Part shown: in pieces, positions 36,752 through 49,025 of the stretch
Layout of the letters: every line of letters begins with the position of its first letter
Numbering within the stretch: position 1 is the stretch's first letter
DNA from: Gekko japonicus
Taxonomy: Eukaryota
Length of the DNA: 64,000 bases
Assembly: GCF_001447785.1 (NCBI RefSeq)
Contig: NW_015167073.1
Location: 308,692-372,691, forward strand
Direction of reading: 5' to 3'
Position numbers and translations under genes: made by a program
The notes under the pieces: generated by a model
The model's database searches: none
Told to the model about the DNA's origin: nothing
The model's input: only the letters and a program-made list of their open reading frames with translations

Positions 36752-36919
36752 ACATTGAGATTCTAGGGCGTTTATATGTGCAAAGCATGTACTCTACCCC
36801 TATGCTATGCCCCCAAAGCAGGACTAATAGGCTTCTCCAAGCGATTATAAAGTAACCCAGTTCGTTGAAATCCCCAACTATTCTGGCTGGTGCAAGGATG
36901 AAAATACCTTCTTTTCTTG

Positions 36920-37260
36920 CTTCCAGTGATCATAGAACACTTGAGAATCTGGTAAGATCATGGACTTTGGATGTCCTCCACTGGGATATGTCCATTCCCT
37001 TTGGTGTTCTCTTCTGGATCATTAACAGTTTGCTGCTTGAATTGCCCAAGGGCTTAACAAAACAAAATGGAAACATTCCTTAATTCAACATTGTTTATGT
37101 TGCTGCTACAATGCAAGTTTTCAACTACTTTGTAATATCTGCCCAAGGGAATAAAGGACGCCTTGGATCCTTCAATTAATTTGTTTGTATTTCATCATGG
37201 CCCTAAGGAACCACGACTAGTGTTTTAGCCTCAGAATAACCTCTGCAAGACAGACTCAAC
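36920..37260 (-). promoter_or_regulatory. Paralogous upstream block of OR-2 (putative promoter)
   Basis: Aligns by eye with 45500-45777 and 56880-57200; O/E-like GCCCAAGGGC (37044) and GCCCAAGGGA (37141); TAATT at 37081 and 37173-37181. Confidence 0.55.
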
Positions 37261-37855
37261 GGAGATGGAGAGACTTCCCCAAGCCCACGCAAGTGAATAT
37301 CTGAATGTTCTAACATGACATTACAAAGTAAGGAAAGAGAGTCAGGACATTGGTCAGCTTTTGTGCACAGTACCAAGGATATAAAGCCGGGGAGGACAGA
37401 TGTTAAACAAACCTTGAAATTCTTAGGTCCATAATCAGATCCTTCCAGCCTGTCAAGACGCAGAAGAAATTCTAACAGTCATCGGTTTGACTCAAACCAT
37501 TCTGTTTCGAATGGTTTTCTATCACAGTATGGAGACAGTTCAACACAACTTGTCAGATTGCCAATTGTTCAAGCAGGAGTGTGCCTCTGTTTTGTTTCCC
37601 CTAGTGGACATGTCCTCGGCCTTGTTATGCTCTTGGAATTTTGAGAAAGGGCTATAGGCAACACCACAAAATGGCCACCGTGGAGCACTGACCAATCATA
37701 AGATGTTAAGGAATCCCAAGCTAGGCAGTGACCTGCAGTAGAAGTGGCTGCCTCTGAATGGGCGCTCTTTGTAGATGCAAAAGCAATGAAGAGGGTGCTC
37801 TGACTGGGAACACTGGTCTACTGTATTCCTATCACAATTCTTTCAGATTGTTTAA

Positions 37856-38586
37856 AATTTATTTATGTTTGAATTTATATCCCGCCCTACCCCGAAGGCT
37901 CAGGGCGGCTGACAAGGGCACTATGTACCAAGGTTATAACAATAAAACACAAAATGTAAAACAATAAATTACAATAAAATACAGTAACAATTTTACAATA
38001 CAAATTTAGCCAAGATGGGTAGATCTTAACCTCCATAGTAACTTCCTGAAATCTTGTCATCCAATCCCTGCCCGGACACCTCGCTCCCCCAGTGGGGTCC
38101 AGATAATCATGATGGTAATATGACAGTACATAGGTGGCGGAGGTGGAACAGTGACGGCAGCGGCTCCTACTCGAAGGCCTGGCGGAAGAGCTCCATCTTA
38201 CAGACCTTGTGGAACTGAGAAAGGTCCCGCAGGGCCCGGATCTCTTTTGGGAGCTCCTTCCACCAGGTAGGAGCTGCCACCAAAAATGCCCTGGTCCTGG
38301 TCACCGCAACTTTAACATCTCTAGGGCCTGGAATTTCCAGGAGATGACGCCCCCCTGACCGTAGTGCTCTTGGGGGAACATATGGGGAAAGGCGGTCCCT
38401 CAGGTAGGCTGGACCCTGGCCATAAAGGGCTTTAAAGGTCAAAACCAGCACTTTGAAGCGAATCCGGTATGCTATCGGCAGCCAGTGCAGCGCTTTCAGC
38501 ACAGGCCGAATGTGGTCCCTCCTCGAGAGACCCATCAGCAGCCTGGCCGCAGCATTCTGCACTAGCTGCAGCTTCCGGATTTGCGA
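37856..38586 (-). mobile_element. L2 LINE 3' fragment
   Basis: KLQLVQNAAARLL...PVLKALHWLPI..RIRFKVLVLTFKAL..GPAYLRDRL; 3' UTR and TAAA-type tail. Confidence 0.9.
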
Positions 38587-38980
38587 AAGCAGTGTTGATA
38601 GTGTACGTCTGTGACACTGGGGATTACCGGTCTGTTGTAATTCTATCATGATTCTATCTGCTTCCCCCACACACACACTTTTTGTTGACTTTTAAAAACA
38701 TACATTCACTGTCCTTATTTCATTTGTTCATGACTTGGACAGTAATTATGGTTCCCTTCTGGACATGTTCTCTCAAACACTCATATCAAGTGCTGCAAGT
38801 GGTGAACAACCATATCCTGGTTAGGCTAATGGATCAGAATGGCTGACCCTCTATGTCCTGAGTAGATACTTATTGTCCAGAGATGGCCCCTGTGACAGAT
38901 TCTCCAGGGGCTACACACCACTGGCTCTGACCTGGATGTCAGAACCTGACAAAGGTTAGTCAAATGCAAGAAAGAGGGCC

Positions 38981-39265
38981 AGAGAGCCAGTTTGGTGTCG
39001 TGGTGAAGTGCGCGGACTCTAATCTGGGAGAACCGGGTTTGATTCCCCCACTCCTCCACTTGCACCTGCTGGTGTGACCTTGGGTCAGTCACAAGCTCTG
39101 GCACAGCTGTTCCTGAAAGAACAGTTTGTGTCCGAGCTCTCTCAGCCCCACCCACCTCACAGGGTGTCTGTTGTGGGGAGGGGAAGGGAAAGGAGTTTGT
39201 AAGCCGCTCTGAGACTCCAAGTGAAGGGCGGGATATAAATCCAATCTCCTCCTCCTCCTCTCCTC
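38981..39265 (+). mobile_element. Squam3-like SINE
   Basis: Full copy, (CTC)n tail. Confidence 0.85.
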
Positions 39266-39540
39266 TCCAATATCCAGGTTCTGGATTCTAAGTTTTAGGT
39301 TCAGGTTTTTTCTCCTCCCCCCTTTTTTGTCCCTGTCTGACCTGGATGTTCCAGGCGAGCTGGATCCCGTTAGATCTCGAAAACTAAGCAGAGTCAGCAC
39401 TACTTAGTTCTTGGACGAGAGACCACTAAGGAAGTCCAAGGTCACTATTCAGAGGCAGACAGTAGCCAGCTACCTCTGTGTGACTCTTGCCTTGAAAACC
39501 CTATGAGGTCACTTGAATCCGGGGCCAGATAAAAAACCAG

Positions 39541-39824
39541 GGCTGCTTTCGCACTAGAGCTGCCTCGATGTTGCGCCGCCGTTTGCCCCGATACTATTGG
39601 TCAATTTCACACCCGAAAGCCGCGGGACTGCATTTGACCTACGGCTTCGCCCGATTTCCTCCGCAGTTTCGTGATCCTCAAAAAACAGGATCACGAAACT
39701 GCGGGGGAAATTGGGCGAAGCCACGAGTCAAAATGCAGCCCCGCGGCTTCGGGTGTGAAATTGACCAATAGTATCGGGGCAAACGGCGGCGCAGCATCGA
39801 GGCAGCTCTAGTGCGAAAGCAGCC
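39541..39824. mobile_element. Fold-back palindromic MITE, PIF/Harbinger-like
   Basis: Same family as 5191-5464; 3-bp TSD CAG. Confidence 0.85.
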
Positions 39825-40059
39825 CAGGGATGAAAAGGGGGGAAATAAAAATTAGAAAATGAAAAGGAATAAAAAAGGTATATTCATATGTCTCTGAGTA
39901 CAGCGCCATGCCAGAGACCACTAAATAAACTGGGCATAGCTGGGCAGAAAAAAATGTTTCCCCAAGCCTAAACCCTACTCTGCAGTCACTCTGTCACATT
40001 TGGTACCAGTATGATTTGTAACAGCCTCCAAACAAGACCAGAACCATCAAGCAAGACAG

Positions 40060-40312
40060 CTTCAAGGGGGGTTTGGAGAAACACATGGAGCAGAGGTCCA
40101 TGAGTGGCTATTAGCCACAAAGTATAGATGAAACACTCTGTCTGGGGCAGTGGTGCTCTGTCTTCTTGGTGCTTGGGGGGCAACAGTGGGAGGGCTTCTG
40201 GAGTTCTGGCCCCCCCCAGGGGACCTCCTGATGGCACCTGGGTTTTGGCCGCTGTGTGACACAGAGTATTGGACTGGATGTGCCATTGGACTGATCCAAC
40301 ATGGCTTCTCTT
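40060..40312 (+). mobile_element. CR1-type 3' end fragment
   Basis: GCTTCAAGGGGGGTTTGGA...CATGGAGCAGAGGTCCAT...GGACTGATCCAACATGGCTTCTCTTA. Confidence 0.75.
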
Positions 40313-40470
40313 AAGTTTTTTATTTTATTTATTTTTATTTGTTGGGATTTTTACCCCTCCCTCCCCGCAAAGCGGGCTCAGGGCAGCTTACAAGGGGCAA
40401 AGCCCGTATAAAACAGGATGAAAGCAATAAAAACGTTTGTAAGTTCTTAAGTATTTAAGCATTAGTGTTT

Positions 40471-41409
40471 TTATTCAAAGGACTTCCTTTTCAACATCTT
40501 CGTCACTGCCTTGTGGACATCCTTGTTCCGCAAAGTGTAAATGATTGGGTTAAGGAGAGGGGTGACGACAGCATAGAGGACAGCAATCTTCTTATCACGA
40601 TCAGGGGCCATGCGTGACCGAGGTATCAAGTACATAAAGAAGGTGGTGCCATAGTACAAGGTGACCACGACCAAGTGGGAAGCACAGGTGGAGAATGCCT
40701 TATGACGTCCTGAAGTAGACTGCATTCGTAACACAGAGGACAGAATGAGTCCATAGGAAGTCAAGATTACAAACAGAGGGCCCAGGATGGCCAACCCAGC
40801 TGTCCCCAAAAGGATGGCTTCTAGGACTGGAGTATCAGCACAAACAAGTTTCAACAACATTGGTAGCTCGCAGAAGAAGTGGTTGAGGTGGTTGGGGCCA
40901 CAGAAGGGGAAATGAAGAGTGCATACCACGTTTATCAAGGCAAGGAGGAAGCCACTAACCCAAGATGCAGAAGCAAGTTGCCACTGGCACCATCTGCCCA
41001 TGGCAGTGGTATATACCAAGGGGTGGCAGATGGCCAAGTAGCGGTCGTAAGCCATGGCACCCAGCAGGAAGCATTCAGTGCCAGCCAAGGACTGGAAAGC
41101 GTAGATCTGGAACATGCAACGACTGAAAGAGATGGATCCATTTCCAGACAGGAGGTGAGCCAGCGTCTGGGGCAAGGTGGTGGTGACATAACATATCTCT
41201 AGGCCTGAGAGATGCATCAAGAAGAAGTACATGGGGGTGTGGAGGTGGGAGTTCGTTCGTACCAGGACGATGGTCGTCAGATTCCCCACAAGAGTAAATA
41301 AATATACGAGGAGGATTACCAAAAAAAGTAAAATCTGTGTCTTCCGGTGGTTGGTGGAGAGTCCTGCCAAGATAAACTCTGTCACAAATGTAAGGTTCTC
41401 GGTTCCCAT
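40471..41409 (-). CDS. Olfactory receptor (class II), OR-3, 312 aa, intact
   Basis: True start ATG at 41409 (MGTENLT) follows an acceptor at 41423; canonical OR motifs. Confidence 0.96.
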   Translation of the reverse strand: MGTENLTFVTEFILAGLSTNHRKTQILLFLVILLVYLFTLVGNLTTIVLVRTNSHLHTPMYFFLMHLSGLEICYVTTTLPQTLAHLLSGNGSISFSRCMFQIYAFQSLAGTECFLLGAMAYDRYLAICHPLVYTTAMGRWCQWQLASASWVSGFLLALINVVCTLHFPFCGPNHLNHFFCELPMLLKLVCADTPVLEAILLGTAGLAILGPLFVILTSYGLILSSVLRMQSTSGRHKAFSTCASHLVVVTLYYGTTFFMYLIPRSRMAPDRDKKIAVLYAVVTPLLNPIIYTLRNKDVHKAVTKMLKRKSFE

Positions 41410-41669
41410 TCTTGCTTTCTGCCTGCAATGAAAGGGCAAGTACAGGAGTCAGTAACATTCTTTGGAAATGGAATAACATCAAAATGAGCCTTGTAACATG
41501 AGAAGCCCCAAATCAACCTATCAAACTCAGCATCATGTTCATTCCCACAGAGTGTCCGATTTTCATCCTGGCCTCCTAGAGCACGCGTAATTAGAGATGT
41601 ACGTTTTTGTGGAAATTCTGAAGTCATGAAAGAAACCACTTTTCTCTTTTAGAAAGAAGTAAGGGGAGG

Positions 41670-42021
41670 GGGAGGAGCTGCGGTGGCTCAAGTGGTTAAG
41701 ACGCTGAACTGCAGGCTGTGGAAGGTCGGTAGTTCAGCCGTTTGAGACCCAGGTGTGCCACATGACGAAGTGAGCTCCTGTCTCTAGTTCCAGCTCCTGC
41801 CAACCTAGCAGTCCGAAAGCAAGAAATTGCAAGTAGATAAATAGGTACCACTTCGGTGGGAAGGTAATAGCGTTCCGTGCGCCTTGGTGTTTAGTCATGC
41901 CGGTCACATGACCACGGAAACGTCTTCGGACAGCGCTGGCTCTTTGGCTTTAAAACAGAGATGAGCACCGCAACCCTAGAGTCGGACTCAACTGGCTTTC
42001 GAGCAAGGAAACCTTTACCTT
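41670..42021 (+). mobile_element. Sauria SINE (Squam1), full length
   Basis: tRNA-like head, CAGCTCCTGCCAACCTAGCAG..AAGTAGATAAATAGGTACC core, ACCTTT tail; TSD TAAGGGGAGG at 41660 and 42022. Confidence 0.9.
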
Positions 42022-42282
42022 TAAGGGGAGGCAGAAGAATCAGATATATGCAGTACTTTCTTATTACATCTAAACTTATTTTGCTGCTCTAGCAATGTAA
42101 AATGCACGGCTCGTTACTTTATTAGCGTATGAAATTGTACTGTTCAATACTTCTGTGATGGTTGCCATATAAATGCCTTCATTTTCTATGAGGCCAATTA
42201 GCCATTCTTAATGCTTTAAATGAAATTAAAATTCCAGATGTGTACTGTAACCATAGGAAGGGAAGGCAGGTGTGGTATAGCC

Positions 42283-42870
42283 CAGAGGTGGCCAAACTTG
42301 CTTAATGTAAGAAGAAGACAAGAAGAGATTGGATTTATACCCCGTAACCTTCACTAGCCAAAGGGGTCTCAGAGCGGCTTACAAACTCCTTTCCCTTCCC
42401 CTCCCCACAACAGACACCCTGTGAGGTAGGTGGGCCTGAGAGGGCTCTGACAGAAACTGCTCTTTTTCAAGGACAGCTGTGCCAGAGTTATGGCTTGCCC
42501 AACGTCATCCAGCCAGGTGCAAGTGGAGGAGTGGGGGAATCAAACCCGGTTCTCCCAGATTAGAGTCCGCATACTTAACCACTACACCAAACTGGCTCTA
42601 TGTAAGAGCCACATAGAATAAACATCAGATGTTGGAGAGCCACAAGACAGGAACAGATATTACATGTTTGTTTGTTTTGGAAAATATGCAAATGAGACTG
42701 CCAAAAATAATAACAAAAGGGGTAAAGGCAGATATTGATAATGATATTTATTTGTCCAATGATATTTGTTTGCTAGTGATATTTAGCTTCCCCAGCCACC
42801 TTGCCGGGAGCCGCACAATATGTGTGAAAGCCCCACATGAGGCTCTCGAGCCACAGTTTGGCCACCCCTG
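42283..42870. mobile_element. hAT (Charlie-like) MITE
   Basis: TIR CAGAGGTGGCCAAAC / GTTTGGCCACCCCTG; perfect 8-bp TSD GTATAGCC. Confidence 0.85.
42310..42599 (-). mobile_element. Squam3-like SINE nested in a hAT MITE
   Basis: Full copy flanked by duplicated ATGTAAGA. Confidence 0.85.
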
Positions 42871-43102
42871 GTATAGCCTGATCTTGTCAGATCGCTGAAG
42901 CTAAGCGGGGTATTTGGATGGGAAACCACCAAAGAAGGCTCTTCAGAAAAGGGCAATGGCAAACCACCTCTGCTTCTCACTTGCATTGAAAGACACATAC
43001 TTGGGTCTCCATTCGTCAGTTGCATCTTGATGGTACATATGTATGTCTGTACTGTAGTCATGGTTTAGTGAAACCCTGCTGCCTCACTACAACTAAGGCA
43101 AG

Positions 43103-43515
43103 GGCCCCGGTCAAACGGAAGGTTTTGGCCCAGGAGAGGGACAGATCGGGGGTGCGGCAAACAGGCACGATCTCACCGATCCGACCCTTCCAGCTGAAAA
43201 CCCGCAGTAAAAAAGAACCACCCCCAGAGGTGGACTTACCGGGAATGCCGCATCAAGCGCGGCCGTGGGATCGCTGCCGCGTGCTTCGTCTGGAGCAATT
43301 CTGGCTCCCAGCCAAACTGCGCATGCGCACATATGCGCAGTTCAGCTGCCTGCTCCCCTTTCAGTGGCTTCCCCCGGCATCTGATCATGCCAGGGAGGAA
43401 GTGCGCGGCAGCTCAGGGGATCTATGTGATCCCACCGCCGCATGTCTTTTTTGGTGCGGCTTTAAAAAGCCACACTTTGCCGGTGTTTCCCCCCCCCCCC
43501 CGTGTGACAGGGGCC
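43103..43515. mobile_element. Non-autonomous DNA transposon, PIF/Harbinger-like (related partial copy at about 5790-6190)
   Basis: TIR GGCCCCGGTCAAACGG / CCGTGTGACAGGGGCC; TSD AAG. Confidence 0.7.
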
Positions 43516-43709
43516 AAGGTAAAGTATACCCTATGGGCAGAGAGGCACTGGCTAAATGGCCTTGTCACATTGGAACCTGAATTCCTGAAAGGGCTGGGAA
43601 ACAGCCTTCTCCATGATTAACTTCATATATAAGTTGTGCTTAACCCTGATTAATAAAATCATGGTTTGCAAACCCGCTGTTCAAACTACATTTCTGACCC
43701 TGTCAACTT

Positions 43710-44107
43710 TAGGGACGGGCCCAAACAGGCTGACGAACTAAGGTTCATCACGAATTTTGGCTAGTTCATGGTTCACAAAGCAATGTTCATTAACTGAAGA
43801 ACAACAACAAATTTCCATGAATTTTGATGCAGTTTGTGGCGGTTTGTAAGCCCCTGCCTTCTGCTCTTCACGAAAAATAGCTGTTTGGTTTAAGTGGCTC
43901 AGAGCCATTTAAAGCCTGCTTTCTGCTCCCTGCAAAAAGCCATGGGGAGCAGATAGCAGGAGTTTAAACTATAAATGGCTTCCAAACCAATATGAACCAG
44001 GTCAGTTTGCGAACCAACCTACCGGTTCGTATGGGTTCATGGTTCATTTCATGGTTCAGCCACAAACCATGAATTGAACTGCAAAACTGTGTTTATGCCC
44101 ATCCCTA
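43710..44107. mobile_element. hAT-like MITE
   Basis: TIR TAGGGACGGGC / GCCCATCCCTA; subterminal GAAC/GTTC repeats. Confidence 0.55.
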
Positions 44108-45003
44108 GTTCATTTCTTTCTTGTTCAAGTTACAGTGCGAAACTGTCCAAACTATTTACATTTTGCTCTGATTTTCTCTTTCAATCAGGAGTTTATGCAA
44201 CAGTCCCCCATGATATTGTTTAGAGACATCGGAAGAACTCTTTCTTAGCTATGACTGTTGACCAGCAGGCCTGATTCTGATGGGGTACATGGTGTAAGGA
44301 AGGGGTGATTAAGCATTCCCTTCCATGCCATTTTCAAAACCTGAAATGAGCCCCAGTAATCTCCTCTGTTTCCTTTTGGGGCAAACATGCAAGTTCTGAT
44401 TGGTTAAGGATATTTACGTTAAAGAGCTCAAAAGGGTAATTTCAATTTGGGGAAATGGTACAAGCAAAATGCTCCCCCAAACACATGATAGTGAGAGTCC
44501 CACTCAGGATTTGTCATACCTGCTCTATAACACAGGGGGGAAACCTCCTTGGAGCTCATTCATGGCAGAACTCTTACAGTCAAATATGATCTGGCCCTAA
44601 AATGGATAACAGCAGGGACAGCAGGAGAGGACTGCCTCTTCCTTTCACCACCTAATCAAAAGCACGTTCTCAAGGTAACTTTCTGCATCCCAGATAAGAA
44701 AATAAAACACAGAAACTATCTTAAAGTACTGCTTGTCTTGAAACATAAATCTATTGTAAATATTTTTGTTTGTGCCTGTGTACCTGGAGCAGCCTTCATA
44801 GCTCAGACTAGCCCAACCTTGTCATAGCTCAGAAGTGAAGCAGAGTCTGTACTTGGATGGGAGATGGCCAAGGAAGACTCTGCAGAGGCAGGCAATGGCA
44901 AACCACCTCTGCTCATCTCTTGCCCTGAAAACCCTGTGAGGTGGAACTTCACGGGGTCACCAGGAGTTGGTTGAGACTTGACGACACACTTTATAAAAAC
45001 ATA

Positions 45004-45286
45004 GGCTGATTTCGCACCAGAGCTGCCTCGATGTTGCGCTGCCGTTTGCCCCGATACTATTGGTCAATTTCGCACCCGAAGCCGCGGGGCTGCATTTGAC
45101 CCGCGACTTCGCCCGATTTCCTCCGCAGTTTCGTGATCCTCAAAAAACAGGATCACGAAACTGCGGAGGAAATCGGGCAAAGCCGCGGGTCAGAATGCAG
45201 CCCCGCGGCTTCGGGTGTGAAATGGACCAATAGTATCGGGGCAAACGGCAGTGCAACATCGAGGCAGCTCTAGTGCGAAATCAGCC
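45004..45286. mobile_element. Fold-back palindromic MITE, PIF/Harbinger-like
   Basis: Same family; 3-bp TSD ATA; abuts the OR-3 candidate first-exon donor. Confidence 0.85.
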
Positions 45287-45344
45287 ATAATTTAGCAAGT
45301 GGAACAAGTGTGCTCCCCTATCTAGTGTAGCACCGTAGCATCGA

Positions 45345-45777
45345 TACCTTGCTGCAGAATTCTTCTGACTCGAGACGCTGCTTTAGCATGCTCCTCCAAA
45401 GCAGTCTTTAAGGTATTCTTAAGTGTTGATCAATATAACTTGCTGTCGTTCCGATCCTTAAATCTGATTGTCACTGGAGTAACAATATGCTATATTTCTT
45501 TGTCTCTATGTTTTTTTCCAGTGCTTGAGGATTCAGTAAGATAACATGCTGCTGATGAGCCTCACTGGGATAGCTCCATCACCTTTGATGCCAACTTCTG
45601 GGCCAGTGAGCCTTGCTATTTGAATCTCTTTGGCCCCAAGGGCTTCATATACCACAATGGAAACATTCCCTAATTTTACATGTATTTTATGATGCAGTTT
45701 TCAAATACTTTGCTTTGTCTTCTCAAGGGAATAAAAGTACACAGAGGATCTTGTTTGTATCACATTATCGTTCTAAG
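45345..45777 (-). promoter_or_regulatory. Paralogous upstream block of OR-3 (putative promoter and first exon)
   Basis: Homologous to the OR-2 and OR-4 blocks; CCCCAAGGGC (45634), TAATT (45671), TCTCAAGGGA (45721); candidate donor AAG|GTATCG (exon end 45348). Confidence 0.55.
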
Positions 45778-46118
45778 CAGTGTTCCTTCTGAGCTGAGTT
45801 AGTGTGAGCTAGCACACTTTTTTTAGCCTCTGGCTCACAAATTTTTGTCTTAGCTCAGGAAGGATGGCTCCAGAGCAGACTAATTTATGCAGGAGCCAAA
45901 TCGCTCGCTCACAACTTTAATGCCGGTAGCTCACAAAGTGGAATTTTTGCTCACAAGACTCAACTGGTCTTTGCCCACTGGTGGACCTCCTGATGGCGCC
46001 TGGTATTTCTGGCCACTGTGTGATACAGAGTGTTGGGCTGAATGGGCCTTTGGCCTGTTCCAACATTGGCATCTCTTATGTTCTTATGTTTATATTCAAC
46101 AGCTTAGAGGGAACATTG
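45778..46118. mobile_element. hAT MITE (same family) with a nested CR1 tail fragment
   Basis: TIRs present; TSD GTTCTAAG/CCTCTAAG; CR1-like piece at about 45962-46090. Confidence 0.75.
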
Positions 46119-46238
46119 CCTCTAAGTATGTTGTTTTGGTCCCACAACAAGCCCTCTGAGAGTCAGACTAGATTGAGACAGAGAGTTACTCCCAAAGACA
46201 GGGGGAATGTTCTCAGCTTTTGTTCACAATGGTGAGAG

Positions 46239-46543
46239 TAGGGTTGCCAAGTCTGGCAAACTCACTGGTGGGGGAGGCTCCGACGAGTCCGGGACCCAGC
46301 TCTGTATGCATGTGCGCGCGCGTGAAGCGCGTGCATGCCGCCAGCACGTCATCAGAAGTTGCCATATGGTTTCCCCCCCGACGAGCTGGGCCACACCCCC
46401 AACATCAGCGATGTGGCTGTGTCACCTCTGGTGACGCAGCTTTGGGGGGGCGGAGTTCCCCCCGGGGCCCGATTTCGCCGTGGCGGAAATCGGGCCTCCA
46501 AAGCGGGGGTTTCCCCACCCCGCGACCCCACTTGGAGGCCCTA
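46239..46543. mobile_element. hAT-like MITE (TAGGGTTGCCA termini)
   Basis: TSD GGTGAGAG/GTTGAGAG. Confidence 0.7.
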
Positions 46544-46995
46544 GTTGAGAGTAAGAAACTTCCTCTCTCTTTTTTTTTTGTATGAAATAAATTGTCAGAG
46601 TCTCGGGTTTGAAACAGACAAGACACCAGAAGAGCCGGAAGCAGTTCTTCCTACCATTTCAGGAAGCGAAAGGAAATCGTTGCATCAACTGGTTCAGCTT
46701 AAACCACGAGTGTTTTCAACCATTTCTTTTCTACTGCAACGTGGACAACGTTCAACTGAACTTGCCAGGTTGCACGTCAAAGTCTGAGCAAAAGTGTGGG
46801 CCTACCTTCTTCCCCTTGTTTCTGCAGAGGTCATCAGCTTTGTTGAACTTATGGACTCTCCACTAATTTTGAGAAAGGGTATCACCGTAAAATGGCTGCC
46901 AAAGGGCATGGGCCAATCATAAAATGTTGGGAGATTTTCAGCCAATCATAGCCCCACAATGGGGACAGCTGATTCTGAACTGATATTCTCTACAG

Positions 46996-47332
46996 CAGGG
47001 CTTTTTTTGTAGAGAAAGCCCAGCAGGAACTTATTAGCATAATAGGCCACACCCAACAGCAGAAACTCATTAGTATATTAGGCCACACCCCATGCCTTCC
47101 CTTGGCTTGCCCGGGTGCCCCGCAGCTGCGGGGAGCCCAGACAAGCCAGCCCTTGGACAGGCCAGGGGAGGCATTTAAATGCCTCACCGATCCTTCCAGG
47201 GGCCCCTCTGGCCCACCAGCCTCGGAGTCACTGGGGGGGTATCGCTCTCCAGGCTTTCCCTCTGTTGGCTGTAGTGGGCGTGAAGCCAGCTGGAACTCCA
47301 TTCCTGTGTGTTCCTGCCCAAAAATAGCCCTG
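46996..47332. mobile_element. hAT MITE (CAGGGCT...AGCCCTG family)
   Basis: Perfect 8-bp TSD CTCTACAG. Confidence 0.82.
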
Positions 47333-48820
47333 CTCTACAGAGGCCAAAGCAATATCTAGGGTCAGGGGCACCACCAGCATACTCTGAGATGGGGCAGCCG
47401 GCAGGGCCCAGGCTTTCTGGCAGGGCCCACTTGCCCCAGAGCCACCACCACCACCACCAGATGTTGCCAGAGAAGGAATGGTGGCGCTTCTGACACACAC
47501 ATGTGGTGGTGTTCCTATCTGCATGCACCACCCGACAATATTGGGGAAAGAGACATCTAGTCAGTAGAAGGTGCACCAACAGGCAGATGGGAATGTGGAT
47601 GGGCTGGAAGAAAGGCATGAGTGGGGGTCCCGGTGGAGGTCAGAGGAGCAGAGGAAGCCCCCTAAAATAGGGAACCAGCCCTGCCTACGGTTCACAGCTG
47701 TGACATGCAGATCTTGGGTCTATTGTGTTTCTATCATAGCTCTATTCGGCTCCGATCACACCACCACCGAGGAAATGTGGGCGGGAAGCGAGGCGGTTTG
47801 CCCCGGGGCGAACTGACGTGTGTTTGCACGATCAGACTTCCACCCGCCTGCCCCGCCGTTCCAGATACTACATGTTTTTAGCCGGTGGCTTTCTACAACG
47901 CTCCTACAGCATGAAACGACGCCCCACCGATGACTCCGGTACGCTGGACAGATGTGTCCATCTGATCGCGTCCCTTTAATCTGCGGGGGAATCGCATGTC
48001 TTCCGCAGCTTCCAGTAGGTATGATTGCAGCCTTCCATATGGTTCTCTTCCACTTTGTGTTCCTTAGTTTATCAGCTTTCATTCTTTTGTGCCTTGGGCC
48101 AGACATTATGATCTGCTTCAGACTGTGATGCGGGCGGGGGGGGGGATCATACAAAGTATTCCATGGTGACCTCGCAGGGCTCTTTTTGGAGCAGGGACTC
48201 CTTTGCATATTAGGCCACACACCCCTGAAGTAGCCAATCCTCCAAGAGCTTACAGTAGCCCCTGTAAGAAGAGCTCTGTAAGCTCTTGGAGTATTGGCTA
48301 CAGTAGGGATGTGTGGCCTAATATGCAAAGAAGTTCCTGCTACAAAAAGAGCCCTGCGTCCTGTAACATGACGGCTGCAGATGCTGGCTGACCATTCTTT
48401 GGTTAAGCTGATGGCTTTGAGTAGTGGACTGACGTTTTCTCAACATGTTCAGAAATTGCTCCCCTGTTAAGCATCCGTGTTTACTGCAATAAACATAGCT
48501 CCGCAATGGAGAGGTGGACCCCATTTTGTATTACCAGACTTAAAATTACATTCTTTTCCTTTGGGCAAAATACCCAGTACTGCCCTACCCTACCTGCCCA
48601 CTTACAGTCCTTTATTGTTTCAGCCTCATCTTGATTTACAACATCCTTGTGGGATGGGTTAATCTGAGAGAGAGAGAGCAGTCTGTATTGTACCACCCCC
48701 GATAAGCAAATTTGGGAGCCTTCCTCCAGCCTAAGAAGCCTGCAACATCACCAACTCCAGTTTTACCACTGCACACTATTTAACAGGACATGCAGTGATT
48801 GTGACAGTGCTACCTGGGAC

Positions 48821-49025
48821 AGCCAGTTTGGTGTAGTAGTTAGGAGTGCGGACTCTAATCTGGTAGAACCATGTTTGATTCCCCACTCCTCCACATGCAG
48901 CTGCTGGCATGACCTTGGGTCAGTCACAGTTCTCTCAGAGCCGTTCCCTCAAAGGCAGTTCTTGAAAGGGCTCTCTGAACCCCACCTATCTCACAGGGTG
49001 CCTGTTGTGGGAAGGGGAAGGAAAA
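48821..49025 (+). mobile_element. Squam3-like SINE, 3'-truncated
   Basis: Head and body match the family. Confidence 0.75.

Noticed and set aside
37650-37710. CCAAT-containing segment also seen near 46870-46950 and 58195-58245, considered as a promoter
   Set aside because: Resembles a degenerate interspersed repeat carried along by duplication; cannot separate function from shared ancestry.
41410-41439. N-terminal extensions of the OR-3 ORF (and OR-4 at 53944-53988)
   Set aside because: Begin at non-ATG codons and cross the conserved splice acceptor; paralog alignment places the starts at 41409 and 53943.
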